A stretch of 64,000 nt of DNA from Squalus acanthias (lineage: Eukaryota): positions 65,598,001-65,662,000 of the forward strand of contig CM059432.1 in assembly GCA_030390025.1 (NCBI GenBank), in the 5' to 3' direction. The notes beneath the pieces were generated by a model, which did not search any database, was not told where the DNA came from, and was given only the letters and a program-made list of their open reading frames with translations. Shown here piece after piece: positions 51,313 through 61,690 of the stretch. The first letter of the stretch is position 1. Each line of letters begins with the position of its first letter. The position numbers and the translations under genes were made by a program.

Positions 51313-53747
51313 AGTGTTTAAGGGATGGTTTCCTAAACCAATATGTTGAGGAACCAACTCGAGGGGAGGCCATCCTGGACTGGGTGTTGTGTAATGAGGA
51401 AGGACTAATCAGCAATCTTGTGGTACGAGGCCCCCTGGGGAAGAGTGACCATAGTATGGTGGAGTTCTACATTAGGATGGAGAAGGAAACAGTTAATTCA
51501 GAGACCATGGTCCAGAACTTAAATAAGGGCAACTTTGAGGGTATGAGGCGTGAATTGGCGAGGTTAAATTGGCAAGCGATATTTAAGGGGCTATCAGTGG
51601 AAGGGCAATGGCAGACATTTAGAGATCGCATGGATGAACTACAACAATTGTACATCCCGGTCTGGCGTAAAAATAAAAAAGGGAAGGTGGCACAACCATG
51701 GCTAACAAGGGAAATCAGGGATAGTATTAAAACCAAGGAAGTTGCATACAAATTGGCCAGAAGTAGCAGCAAACCCGGGGACTGGGAGAACTTCAAAACT
51801 CAGCAGAGGAGGACGAAGGGTTTGATTAGGGCAGGGAAAATAAAATATGAAAGGAAGCTTGCAGAGAACATTAAAATGGACTGCAAAAGCTTCTATAAAT
51901 ATGTAAAAAGAAAGAGGTTAGTAAAAACAAACGTTGGTCCCCTGCAGTCGGAAACAGGGGAAGTCGTAATGGGGAACAAGGAAATGGCAGATCAATTAAA
52001 CAAGTACTTTGGTTCGGTGTTTACTGTGGAGGACACACACAACCTGCCGGAAATAAAAGGGGTCAGAGGATCTGGTAAGAGGGAGGAGCTGAGGGAAATC
52101 CTTATTAGTCGGGAAAAGGTATTGGGGAAATTGATGGGACTGAAGGCTGAAAAATCCCCAGGGCCTGATGGTCTGCATCCCAGAGTACTTAAGGAGGTGG
52201 CCTTGGAAATAGTGGATGCATTGACGATCATTTTCCAACATTCCTTAGACTCTGGATCAGTTCCGATGGAGTGGAGGGTGGCCAATGTAACCCCTCTTTT
52301 TAAAAAAGGAGGGAGGGAGAAAGCAGGGAATTACAGACCAGTCAGCCTGACATCGGTTGTGGGTAAAATGATGGAAGCAATTATTAAAGATGTCATAACA
52401 GACCATTTGGAAAGTGGCGACATGGTAGGTCCAAGTCAGCATGGATTTGTGAAAGGGAAATCATGCTTGACAAATCTTCTGGAATTTTTTGAGGATGTTT
52501 CCAATAGGGTGGACAGGGGGGAACCAGTAGATGTGGTGTATTTGGACTTTCAGAAGGCCTTCGACAAGGTCCCACACAAGAGATTGGTGAGCAAAATTAA
52601 AGCACATGGGATTGGGGGTAATGTGTTGACGTGGATTGAGAACTGGTTGGCACACAGGAAACAAAGAGTAGGAGTAAATGGATACTTTTCAGAATGGCAG
52701 GCAGTGACCAGCGGGGTACCGCAGGGTTCGGTGCTGGGACCCCAGCTGTTTACATTATATATTAATGATTTGGACGAAGGGATTAAATGTAATATCTCCA
52801 AATTTGCGGATGACACTAAATTGGGAGGCAGTGTGAACAATGAGGAGGATGCTAGGAGGCTACAGAGTGACTTGGACAGGTTGGGTGAATGGGCAAATGT
52901 ATGGCAGATGAAGTACAATGTGGATAAATGTGAGGTTATCCACTTTGGTGGTAAAAATAGACAGGCGGACTATTACCTGAATGGTGGCAGATTAGGGAAA
53001 GGGGAGGTGCAACGAGACCTGGGCGTCATGGTACATCAGTCACTGAAGGTGGGAATGCAAGTGCAGCAGGCAGTCAAGAAAGCAAACGGAATGATGGCCT
53101 TCATAGCAAGGGGATTTGAGTACAGGAGTAGGGAGGTGATGCTGCAGTTGTACAGGGCCTTGGTGAGGCCACACCTGGAGTATTGTGCGCAGTTTTGGTC
53201 TCCTAACTTAAGGAAGGACATTCTTGCTATTGAGGGAGTGCAGCGTAGGTTCACTAGATTGATTCCTGGGATGGCCGGACTGACATATCAAGAAAGATTG
53301 GGTCAACTGAACTTGTATCCTCTGGAGTTCAGAAGAATGAGGGGGGATCTTATAGAGACATTTAAAATCCTGACTGGTTTAGACAAATTAGATGCGGGCA
53401 GAATGTTCCCAATGTTAGGGAAAACTAGAACCAGGGGTCACAGTCTAAGGATTAAGGGGAAGCCATTTAAGACTGAGCTGAGGAGGAACTTCTTCACCCA
53501 GAGAGTGGTGAATCTATGGAATTCTCTTCCACAGAAGGTTGTTGAGGCCAGTTCGCTAAATATATTCAAAAGGGAGTTAGATATAATACTCACAACTAGG
53601 GGGATCAAGGGGTATGGCGAGAAAGCAGGAATGGGGTACTGAGGTAGCATGTTCAGCCATGAACGCATTGAATGGCGGTGCAGGCTCGAAGGACCGAATG
53701 GTCTACTCCTGTACCTATTTTCTATGTTTCTATGTTTCTATGTTTCT
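51313..53747 (+). mobile_element. Young CR1 LINE, 5'-truncated
   Basis: Open ORF2 to its stop, 3' stem-loop, three CTATGTTT tail units. Confidence 0.97.
51384..53642 (+). CDS. CR1 ORF2 fragment: APE C-terminus plus complete RT domain, 752 aa with no stop or frameshift
   Basis: [53 protein letters not shown]. Frame open from 51315; the endonuclease N-terminus is missing. Confidence 0.93.
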   Translation: MLCNEEGLISNLVVRGPLGKSDHSMVEFYIRMEKETVNSETMVQNLNKGNFEGMRRELARLNWQAIFKGLSVEGQWQTFRDRMDELQQLYIPVWRKNKKGKVAQPWLTREIRDSIKTKEVAYKLARSSSKPGDWENFKTQQRRTKGLIRAGKIKYERKLAENIKMDCKSFYKYVKRKRLVKTNVGPLQSETGEVVMGNKEMADQLNKYFGSVFTVEDTHNLPEIKGVRGSGKREELREILISREKVLGKLMGLKAEKSPGPDGLHPRVLKEVALEIVDALTIIFQHSLDSGSVPMEWRVANVTPLFKKGGREKAGNYRPVSLTSVVGKMMEAIIKDVITDHLESGDMVGPSQHGFVKGKSCLTNLLEFFEDVSNRVDRGEPVDVVYLDFQKAFDKVPHKRLVSKIKAHGIGGNVLTWIENWLAHRKQRVGVNGYFSEWQAVTSGVPQGSVLGPQLFTLYINDLDEGIKCNISKFADDTKLGGSVNNEEDARRLQSDLDRLGEWANVWQMKYNVDKCEVIHFGGKNRQADYYLNGGRLGKGEVQRDLGVMVHQSLKVGMQVQQAVKKANGMMAFIARGFEYRSREVMLQLYRALVRPHLEYCAQFWSPNLRKDILAIEGVQRRFTRLIPGMAGLTYQERLGQLNLYPLEFRRMRGDLIETFKILTGLDKLDAGRMFPMLGKTRTRGHSLRIKGKPFKTELRRNFFTQRVVNLWNSLPQKVVEASSLNIFKRELDIILTTRGIKGYGEKAGMGY

Positions 53748-54932
53748 CCTTGCAACTGATTACGGAAAGATAATTTCAGCTTTCACAGCATGTGTGTCCT
53801 TTTTTTGTATGTAACATCTGCCAAAATGATTTTGATGTCATATATTATGTCACAAATATGCTTAAATAAGCAAACATTACATAAGTCTCCATGTTTATAG
53901 AATAAAACAAACACGTTGTAATCTTGTTACAATTATTTTTTTTGGAGGAGAATCTTACCGCAATTCTGTAAGAGGTAAATTCAGCAATCCTGCACATTGA
54001 GCTGCACTTAAATAGATCATGGGCTAGAGGGATAGTGTTACAGTGTTGAGGTGGGAATTTACATGTAAGTGCTATCTTAGGCTGGAGATGTACTGTGTGA
54101 ATTCAAACTGGAGTGAGATGGCCTCCTGGAAATGGTCTTGCACCTCAGGGTTTCAGTGCACTTCATAGTCTGCCGAATTATACACTGGCACATTAGGATT
54201 GACATACACCCATGTTCCTGATCCTTGGATGAGAAAAGTCCAGCGAGTTCATCGAGCTCACTTCATTGTTTAAACTGTAATCATTACCGGATCAGACCAT
54301 TTTTGTCTCTCTGTTCTGGAACATATTGATAGCTCCAACTCCCTATTGAGTTATAAATCTATTAATTTCATTTCAGAATGATTCATCCATATATATTTTG
54401 ATGGGGATATCCTGGGGGAGAAATTCAACTTGCGGCGTTAAATCAGCATTAGACCTGCGAATTTTGCAAACTTTGCCGGAAGTGCAGCGGATGCCATATT
54501 ATCCATCCATCGTCTGGTTAAGGACCTGACTGCCAACTTGAACTTTGGGAGCCCTGTATTTGTTCACTCTAAAACCCACCCACACATCCTTGGCGACAAC
54601 AATTGGGAAGGAGGCTGCACCAGCATTATTTAAAGGGATCCACAGCTGTATTCAGATAAGTCTCTGATTAGTTATTTTAACCAGACTATTTTGTGGACTT
54701 TTAGGCCTATTTCTGGCTGTGTTGGTTGCTCTTGCTGAGCTCAAGAATTGTGGAGAATTATGTTTTGGAGCTGCAGGACAGTGATGTTAGCAACATCAGT
54801 CAATTGCAGTGCGTTGCTGCATTAAACAGGTGTTGGAAACACTCCTCGCTAAGCTAAACAAATCCATCACTTTCAAAGCAGAAAGACAAAAACTCTTCCC
54901 TCCCCCAACACCCCCTCCCCACCCACTATTCC

Positions 54933-54960
54933 CACACACACACACACACACACACAAACA
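54933..54960. repeat. (CA)n microsatellite
   Basis: CACACA run directly left of the Harbinger end. Confidence 0.95.
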
Positions 54961-55691
54961 TATCTGGAATTTTCCCAGTGCGGAGCGTGTGGGTTTAGGG
55001 GCGGGTCAGCAGAAAAAATCGCGGAAATTGCCAGTGCATCGGGAACCCGCCATCATCCCATCGACTTCAGCATTTAGCTCGGGCACGTTTCCCAGCACAC
55101 CACGGGAGAGGCGGGCGACCTCATTGAAGCACTTAAAAGCTTGTTGAGAGACCCTTAAGAGGCTTTTTAACCTTAGGGATGGCTTTAACTTCTTGAGCAT
55201 AGGATTCACGCACCTCGGGAACCTTGCCTCTGAAGGGGAGGCGGAAACTCAGTGGCCATTGTGCGAGTCCATTAAGTGACAGCTGGAAAAAACCATAAAA
55301 ACTCACATTACACCTGCTTCCTTGCCAATGGAAAGGCTCTTGCTGACTCCATTTTGTGCAGAGATTTAGTTGTCAGGAGTTTGCAGGTAATTTCTGCAAC
55401 CTCAGAGGGCATCTCACCACACTGCTAGTCACTATCAGAACATTGAGGGATTGGGCCTCTGATCTCCACTTTACTTGCTGTCTATTATATCAGTGCCACT
55501 TACGCTGTCTCACCTTGGACCTCAGAATCGGACCAAGATGAGCCCCAGCACCAACAACACCAGCCACAACAGCAGCCTTCTCCTCAACGACCTGATGCTT
55601 CACAGGAGAGAGGGGGTCAGCACAGGGCTGCAGAGCATCGGAGGCGATACCCCCAACACAGGGTATACAGGCAGAGGATGAGCTTCCTGGA

Positions 55692-56510
55692 ATGACTGAG
55701 CAGCAGTGTTTCAGGAGGCTCAGGCTATCGCTTCAGATCATTTGTAGCTTGCTGGAACAAGACCTGCTGCCCAGAGGACCTGGTGGACACACCTTACCAG
55801 TGACTGCCAAAGTCACCACTGCCCTCAATTTCTTCGCCTCAGGCTCCTACCAGGAATGTGCAGCAGAAATTTGCAGGATCTCGCAGTCAGCCACCCACAG
55901 ATGCATCACACAGGTGACCGATGCCATGTTTCACAAGTCAGCCAATTATGTCAATGTTGCCACTGATGAAGCCAGTGTTACTGAGCGGGTGCTCGGCTTT
56001 GCGGCTCTGGCTGGCTTCCCACGGGTGCAAGGCATCATCGACTGCAAACATGTGGCCATCAAGGCACCCCCACATCACCCAGGAGTGTTTGTGAACCGCA
56101 AGCGTGTCCACTCCCTCAATGTGCAGCTCGTCTGCAACCATAAAAAGATCATCATGCATGTGTGTGCCAGATTCCCTGGCAGCTGTCATGACTCTTTTGT
56201 GCTGCGCCAGTCCACCCTTCCTCAGCTCTTCACACCTCCAAACAGACTTACCCACTTGCTGCTTGGAGACAGAGGCTATCCACTGAAGATGTGGCTGATG
56301 ACACCCTTGAAGAGGCCAAGTACTGAGGCGCAGGAGCATTATAATGACAGCCAAATGTCCACCAGATGTGTCATAGAGCAAGCAATCGGCATGCAGAAGA
56401 TGCGTTTCAGATGCCTTGACAGATCTGGAAGAACCCTTCGGTACCCACCAGCCAGTGTCTCCAGAATCATCGTTGTATGCTGCGCGCTGCACAACATAGC
56501 GCAGCAGTGA
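55692..56510 (+). pseudogene. Harbinger DDE transposase core (272 aa open); N-terminus frameshifted at ~55691, acidic tail behind a TGA
   Basis: [55 protein letters not shown]. Confidence 0.93.
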
Positions 56511-57026
56511 GGATTGGAGCTGCAGGAGGAGCAAGGTGCAGAGCGCACAGCCTCTTCGGAGGAGGAGGAGGAGGAACAGGTGGAACACGAGGAGGAGGAG
56601 GAGGAGGAGGAGAACAAACCTGAGATGGAGATGGCACCAGCAGTGGTGCACATTGCTGCCCGGGAGGCCAGGTTGGCCTCATAATGGCCAGATTTACTTA
56701 ACTTGCTCCAGTGCACCCAGATGGCTCCCAGATGCTGGACTAACTTCACCACCCACCGCACCCCACCCCCCACCCGACCCCCAACCAACAACATCACAAA
56801 GCAGCCCTACAATGACCAAGCCATTCCTCTCACCCAAATCCCCATAGCTCGAAGTTAAGTAATGCCTCACCATTCACTCCAAGTAACAAAGCCACTTCCC
56901 AGGTGGCAGTCAAACATGGACAAGACCAGAAAGTTGTGCAAAGAAATAAATTTGTGTGCGTCATAAATAGAACTGAAACTTAACATTAAAATTTTTTCAT
57001 ACACCCATGTGCATATCCTTGTGCAT

Positions 57027-58974
57027 TTAGGATTGTGTCTTTTTTCTTTTCCACGTACTTCTACAAGGTGCAGCCCCTGTAGATACATCAGAGGTGGAGG
57101 CAGGCTGCTCACTTCCCTGCTGCGACTGCTTTGACACTTTTGGTGGACATCCTCTGGGTTTTGGAGCCTGTGAGGGCCCTGCCAAAGACTGCTTCTCCTG
57201 CAACTGTGCAGGGGCAGACTCAGCCATCGGATCTGAGGCAGCATGTGGGGCTCTGACTGAGGGGGAGGCTATGGGGGAGCAGTGGGCACGCTTTGAGAAG
57301 AGCCCCCACTTCCATGTCCCCTCTCAACATCATCCCTCTCATGGGCCACCCGCACTTCCATGCTGGGAAGGAGCTGGAGAGCACCTTGCTGCACAGCAGT
57401 GGGGCGATGAACGCCCAAGTCTATGTTAATATTCCTCTTCGAGATGAGGTCAATGAGCGGCTGCCATCTGTTTTTCACAGCAAGCATGTTCTCGTTGGAC
57501 TTGCGCATTTTCTGCTCCATGCAGGTGGCCATCCTTTCCATGGAACGGTACATCGTAGCCATCGCCTGCGACATGGTGGTGCTCATGTTGGAGATGGACT
57601 CCTCCATTCTCTGCACATTTGCACACATCGCGGCTGCATAAGCTGCCAGAGCCTCATGCAATTGTTGCTGCCCCTCCAAGATCATCCTCTCGATGGACCC
57701 AGAGGTTCAGCATCTGCATGCAGCTCAGCAGAGCTTGGAGTGTCCTGCACCCTCCAGCGAGGAGTTTGTCCCCGTCAACACCATCTGCTCTTGTTCATTT
57801 GTGATGTGTGAGACATCAGGTGACAACACTACTCTATCTCGCACAGTACCCACTGAGGTGTGCATATCTGCGCTGGTGCTGGCTGCGCATGGGTCTGCTG
57901 ATGGTGCACCCTCAGAGAAGGTGTGTTATGATAAGAATGGGTAACGTTACCATTAGGCACATGATGACATTTCACTGGCTGCTGACATCAGTCACCATAT
58001 GAGTGACTGCTGTATGCCATGTGGCTGTATGAGATTTAACTTTGTCACCAGGTTGCTGGGAGGTCCCCTTCTCTCCATCTCCCACCACCAGCAGCTCTGC
58101 AACTCCAGAGATTGAGGGTGTGCTCCTCTGCTGGTGTCAAATTACTGAAGACTGGAGGGCCACCTCCAGTTCTCTGCCTCTCCCTGTTGTTGTGCACTCT
58201 CTTCCCCTGCAAGGAGGGAAAGAAGAGAACTTTGAGTGAGAGTGAAGGAATGAGTGTAAGGAATGGATGGGCTACATCTGTAGAGGGTGACTATGAGGGA
58301 GTGGTGTGACATTGCCAAATGGCCTCCTTCTGTGGTGTTACTTGCTATGATTGCATTAGGATGAGGATGTCAGTGCTGGTTAGTCAGATGGGGATTGTCA
58401 TAAATCGCAAGTAACAACTCAGGAAGTACTACTGGGCGGCCAGCTGGGGCGCCGTCCAGGGAATATAAATACTCAGGCATGGGCCCACCTTGGGCAGAGA
58501 AAATCTGGAAACAGGAAGCTAGTGACTGCTAACTAGACCTCCATGTTTTGTTACAAGTTGATTAAAGCCTTGCTTTATGTTCAAGTGCGTAGTGAGTCTT
58601 TATTACGTCAGGGATGTGAGTAGGCGCACAGAGGGGTTTGGGTGCACCTGCAAGGTAGATTGGTGTGAGGAGTGATGTGCAGGAGTAGGCTTGGGAAGGC
58701 AGAGTGATGGGGTTGGGGTGACAGGCATTGCACTCAACTTTCCTCACCTCATGAGATCATTGAATCTTTTCTAGCATTGGATCCACGACCTTCTCACGAC
58801 ATCCATTCTACTGACCTCCTCTGCAATCTCCAGCCACGCCCTTTTTGTCTCTTTGGGTGGTCGTTTTCGTCCATCCCCAGGGAAGGGAACCTCCCTGCAT
58901 GCTCTTACTGCCTGCACCAGAACTTCCAGGGAGGCATCGGTGAATCTTGGCGCTGCGCTCTGTCTTGTCCACAT
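57027..58974 (-). pseudogene. Harbinger Myb/SANT partner (NAIF1/MSANTD-like domain), three exons, inactivated
   Basis: Exon 1 58974-58738 (APRFTDASLEVLV...AWLEIAEEV...WIQC*KRFNDL; donor GT mutated to TT); exon 2 58206-58049; exon 3 ends RSTWKRKKTQS*. Confidence 0.9.
58396..58610 (+). mobile_element. Solo LTR (215 bp) with 5-bp TSD
   Basis: GGGAT|TGTCATAA ... TTACGTCA|GGGAT; TATAAATA at ~58464 and ATTAAA at 58561; absent from the homologous intron at ~35960. Confidence 0.9.
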
Positions 58975-59064
58975 GACCCACAGATTTGTCAGTCTTATTC
59001 CGTTATTTAGACCTCTGGAAACCACTTTCTACAGTCCTACATCAACCTTCAAACAAGATGTGTG

Positions 59065-59130
59065 CAAAGCTGCTTTAAATATTCGCGCTGAAAACAAGTC
59101 ATCGGTGACGTCATCAGACCTGCTCCATTT
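59065..59130 (-). promoter_or_regulatory. Putative promoter of the Harbinger Myb gene
   Basis: CRE TGACGTCA at 59106 and TATA-like TATTTAAA ~100 bp upstream of the ATG; homologous motifs at ~35443-35485. Confidence 0.4.
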
Positions 59131-59479
59131 AACTGGGCTGGGAAACACGCAAGAGTCTTTCAATTGGCGCCATTAAGTTAAACGCGCAGTGCAGAACGCG
59201 CTGTTCAAATCTTCAGGTTCCTGCCCGCTACGCAGCCCACACGCACCCGACCCAACTCCAAGGTAAATATTCCGGCTGATGTCCATACCATCAGATACAG
59301 CCCTTATACCCTCCAGATAAATGCCTTTAACTTCAACAATTGCTTTCACTTCACTAGGCATGGTCAAACGAACACCAATCCAAAGAAACAGTGCACACCA
59401 TGAAACTGGTTCATAATGGTTCACTTTAGAAATAGGGAACAAACAATTTAGAAACTAAAAATGACCCTTATGCAAAGCA

Positions 59480-60200
59480 CTGGTGCCTATCTTAAATGTT
59501 CTTTTGGATAATCTTGTGCTCCTCTGAGGTGCTACAAATGGAGATGAAAGACTACCAATCATCCACTGAGGGCACTTCAGATGGCCATGGTGGACGACTT
59601 CAAGGAGCTCTGGTCTGAAAAGGCCTGGGTGCATCTGGCAGCATCGCAGCTATGACGTGGGCAGTATGGGTCAACTGGCATTCTGGCCCTAGTTGAGGAG
59701 GAGAGAGTACAGCATGTGCCACTCCCATGGTGCTACTGCCACTCACAAGGGGCTGTGCCACAGCAGCCCCACTGCTCTGTAGGAGAGCAGTATGTAGGAG
59801 TAATGTGACAGTTTGGAAGTCCTTATCCTTGCTTTCATCATGCCTTGCAAACTGGAGGAGATGTTGGAACCCAGGGCCAGAATGGCAGCAGTCTGAGCTT
59901 TTACTGAAGTGATCAGAGCATTTACTGAAGGCTCTATAACTGAGGGCTCAGCTGCAGTGTGCATAGAGGTGACCACAAGCTCGATGGCAACTGCACTGTT
60001 TCCTCTCCCTGGGTGATAGCCAAGACCTTCAGTTGGGACATTGCCTCCAATCTTCAGGGTATTTCTGTCCCTGTTGCAGCACCAGAAGAGCCAGAAAAGC
60101 TCTTAAAGTGTCAAAATCCTGGCCTTGATACTGGCCACAATACCACCAGGAGCCTGCCATACATTACAAAGAGCTCCAACCCAATGAAATAAGTCTAGCT
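59480..60200 (-). pseudogene. Degenerate Harbinger Myb C-terminal exon
   Basis: Antisense VAPQRSTRLSK resembles the C-terminus at ~57030-57080. Confidence 0.45.
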
Positions 60201-60279
60201 TGGGGCAAATTCAGAGGGATGGGCAAAACTACTGGCCCACTAGCACTGAAGAGGAGAATACAGATCCTTGGCTTTAGAG

Positions 60280-60650
60280 AGAATACAGCAATGCTGCCTG
60301 GCATTAGATATTTGAGCTACAATGGAAATTGAGAATGTCTTCTTGAATTATTCAAGATCTTAAGGTGCAGAGAAAAACTGAACCCTGAGAATATGTTTAA
60401 TGTAGTAGCAAACACCACAGCAAAGGGCAATATGGTCAAGCTCAGTAGAGAAAAGGTGAACAGTTAGATTTAATGGCTGCCATAGATGAAGTCAGTAAAT
60501 TGAAAAAGAAGGTGGATGCATGGGGAAAGCAGTTACCGGCTATAAGAGATAGTGGTATATGAAAGTCTAAATAGCTTGGGACTGGTCTGATGGATTGCAA
60601 TGGTCTTTTCCAGCCCTGTATATTCCTATGTTTCGATGTAGGAACATAGC
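60280..60650 (+). mobile_element. Very old CR1 3' remnant
   Basis: Decayed LPGIRYLSY and a 3' stem-loop with CCTATGTTT. Confidence 0.55.
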
Positions 60651-60774
60651 CAGAGATATTACTGTGATTGGTCTTTGTCATAGATACAATGTAATATTAT
60701 GCAGGCTCCTTCAGCAATGAAAGTAAAATGTCTTCTCTTCCCATCATGTTTTTAAGTTTGTTGATTATTACATA

Positions 60775-61690
60775 GGCTGGAATTTTCTCAAGGGAGGCGG
60801 GTTGGGGGCAGGGGGCCTCTGAAGCCCTGCCAACTTTAATGGCAGGGCATGATCTGAATGCGAGGCCTCGGATTCCTGCCCACAGCCAGCCAGATTGAAA
60901 GGCTGGCTGCAGGCGGGTAGGCCTCAGAAGCGAGGGGCTGGTCTGGGGGAGGGAATCGCAGGAGGGGGGTTGGGGGGGTGGGGGGGTGGGGGGGGGGGGA
61001 GGGTCGGCAATCGGTCGGGGGTGGGGAGAAAGGATCAGCCAGGGTCGGGGATCGGGAGGGGGGGTCGGGCAGGGATCACGGGGGGGGTGGGGGAGGAGGT
61101 TGGCCAGGGAAAACAGGGGGGGGGGGGTGGGGTCGGGGATGGGGGGGGGTCGGCCAAAGATTACGGGGGGGGGGGGTTGGAGGTGGGTCAGGGTTCGTTG
61201 GTGGGGGGGTGTCAGCCAGGGATCTCGAGGGGGGGCGGGGATAGCGGAGGGGGGGTGGGGGAGAGAGGATCGGGGCCAACCACCGGAGAATCATTGCCGG
61301 CTCATCATCATCATTTGGGGGGGGGGGGGCGGGGAGGCCTGGGGAGGGTGATCAGAGGCCTCATGGGGGGGGTTCTCCGATCACAGTGGGTGGGTATGGT
61401 CGGACCCTGGATCCAGGAGGTAGGTATGAAGCCGCTTACCTCGTGGATTCAGAAGTCCCCGCCTCTGTTTAACTGCTGGGTTTCATGAATTGTGTGAAAC
61501 CCATCCACAGGCAGTTAAACACAAAATGGATGGGGAAAAAGAGGCTTCCAGACTCGTTACAGTATTTAAATTGAGGTAATGCCCCCTTCGAGCGAGTTGG
61601 TCACCCGCCCCCGGCAAAACCGAAAGTGGGCGGGTTGGAGGCGAGATCAGGTCGGGAATCCCACTTTTAACACTTGAACCCCCACGCTCC
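60775..61690. mobile_element. G-rich non-autonomous Harbinger-type element (sister of 2792-3770), cut by CR1
   Basis: GGCTGGAATTTTC start; G-tract core at ~60935-61375. Confidence 0.78.

Larger units (their letters stand above)
54962..59277. mobile_element. Near full-length two-gene PIF/Harbinger transposon
   Basis: CAT|ATCTGGAATTTT ... AATATTCCGGCT|GAT; convergent transposase (+) and Myb/SANT (-) genes. Confidence 0.93.

Noticed and set aside
51384..53642. Retron, DGR or group II intron RT system
   Set aside because: Motifs, C-terminal domain, 3' stem-loop and microsatellite tail are typical of CR1 non-LTR elements.
55692..58974. Domesticated HARBI1/NAIF1 host genes
   Set aside because: Flanked by TIRs, multicopy within the window, and carrying stops, frameshifts and a dead splice donor.
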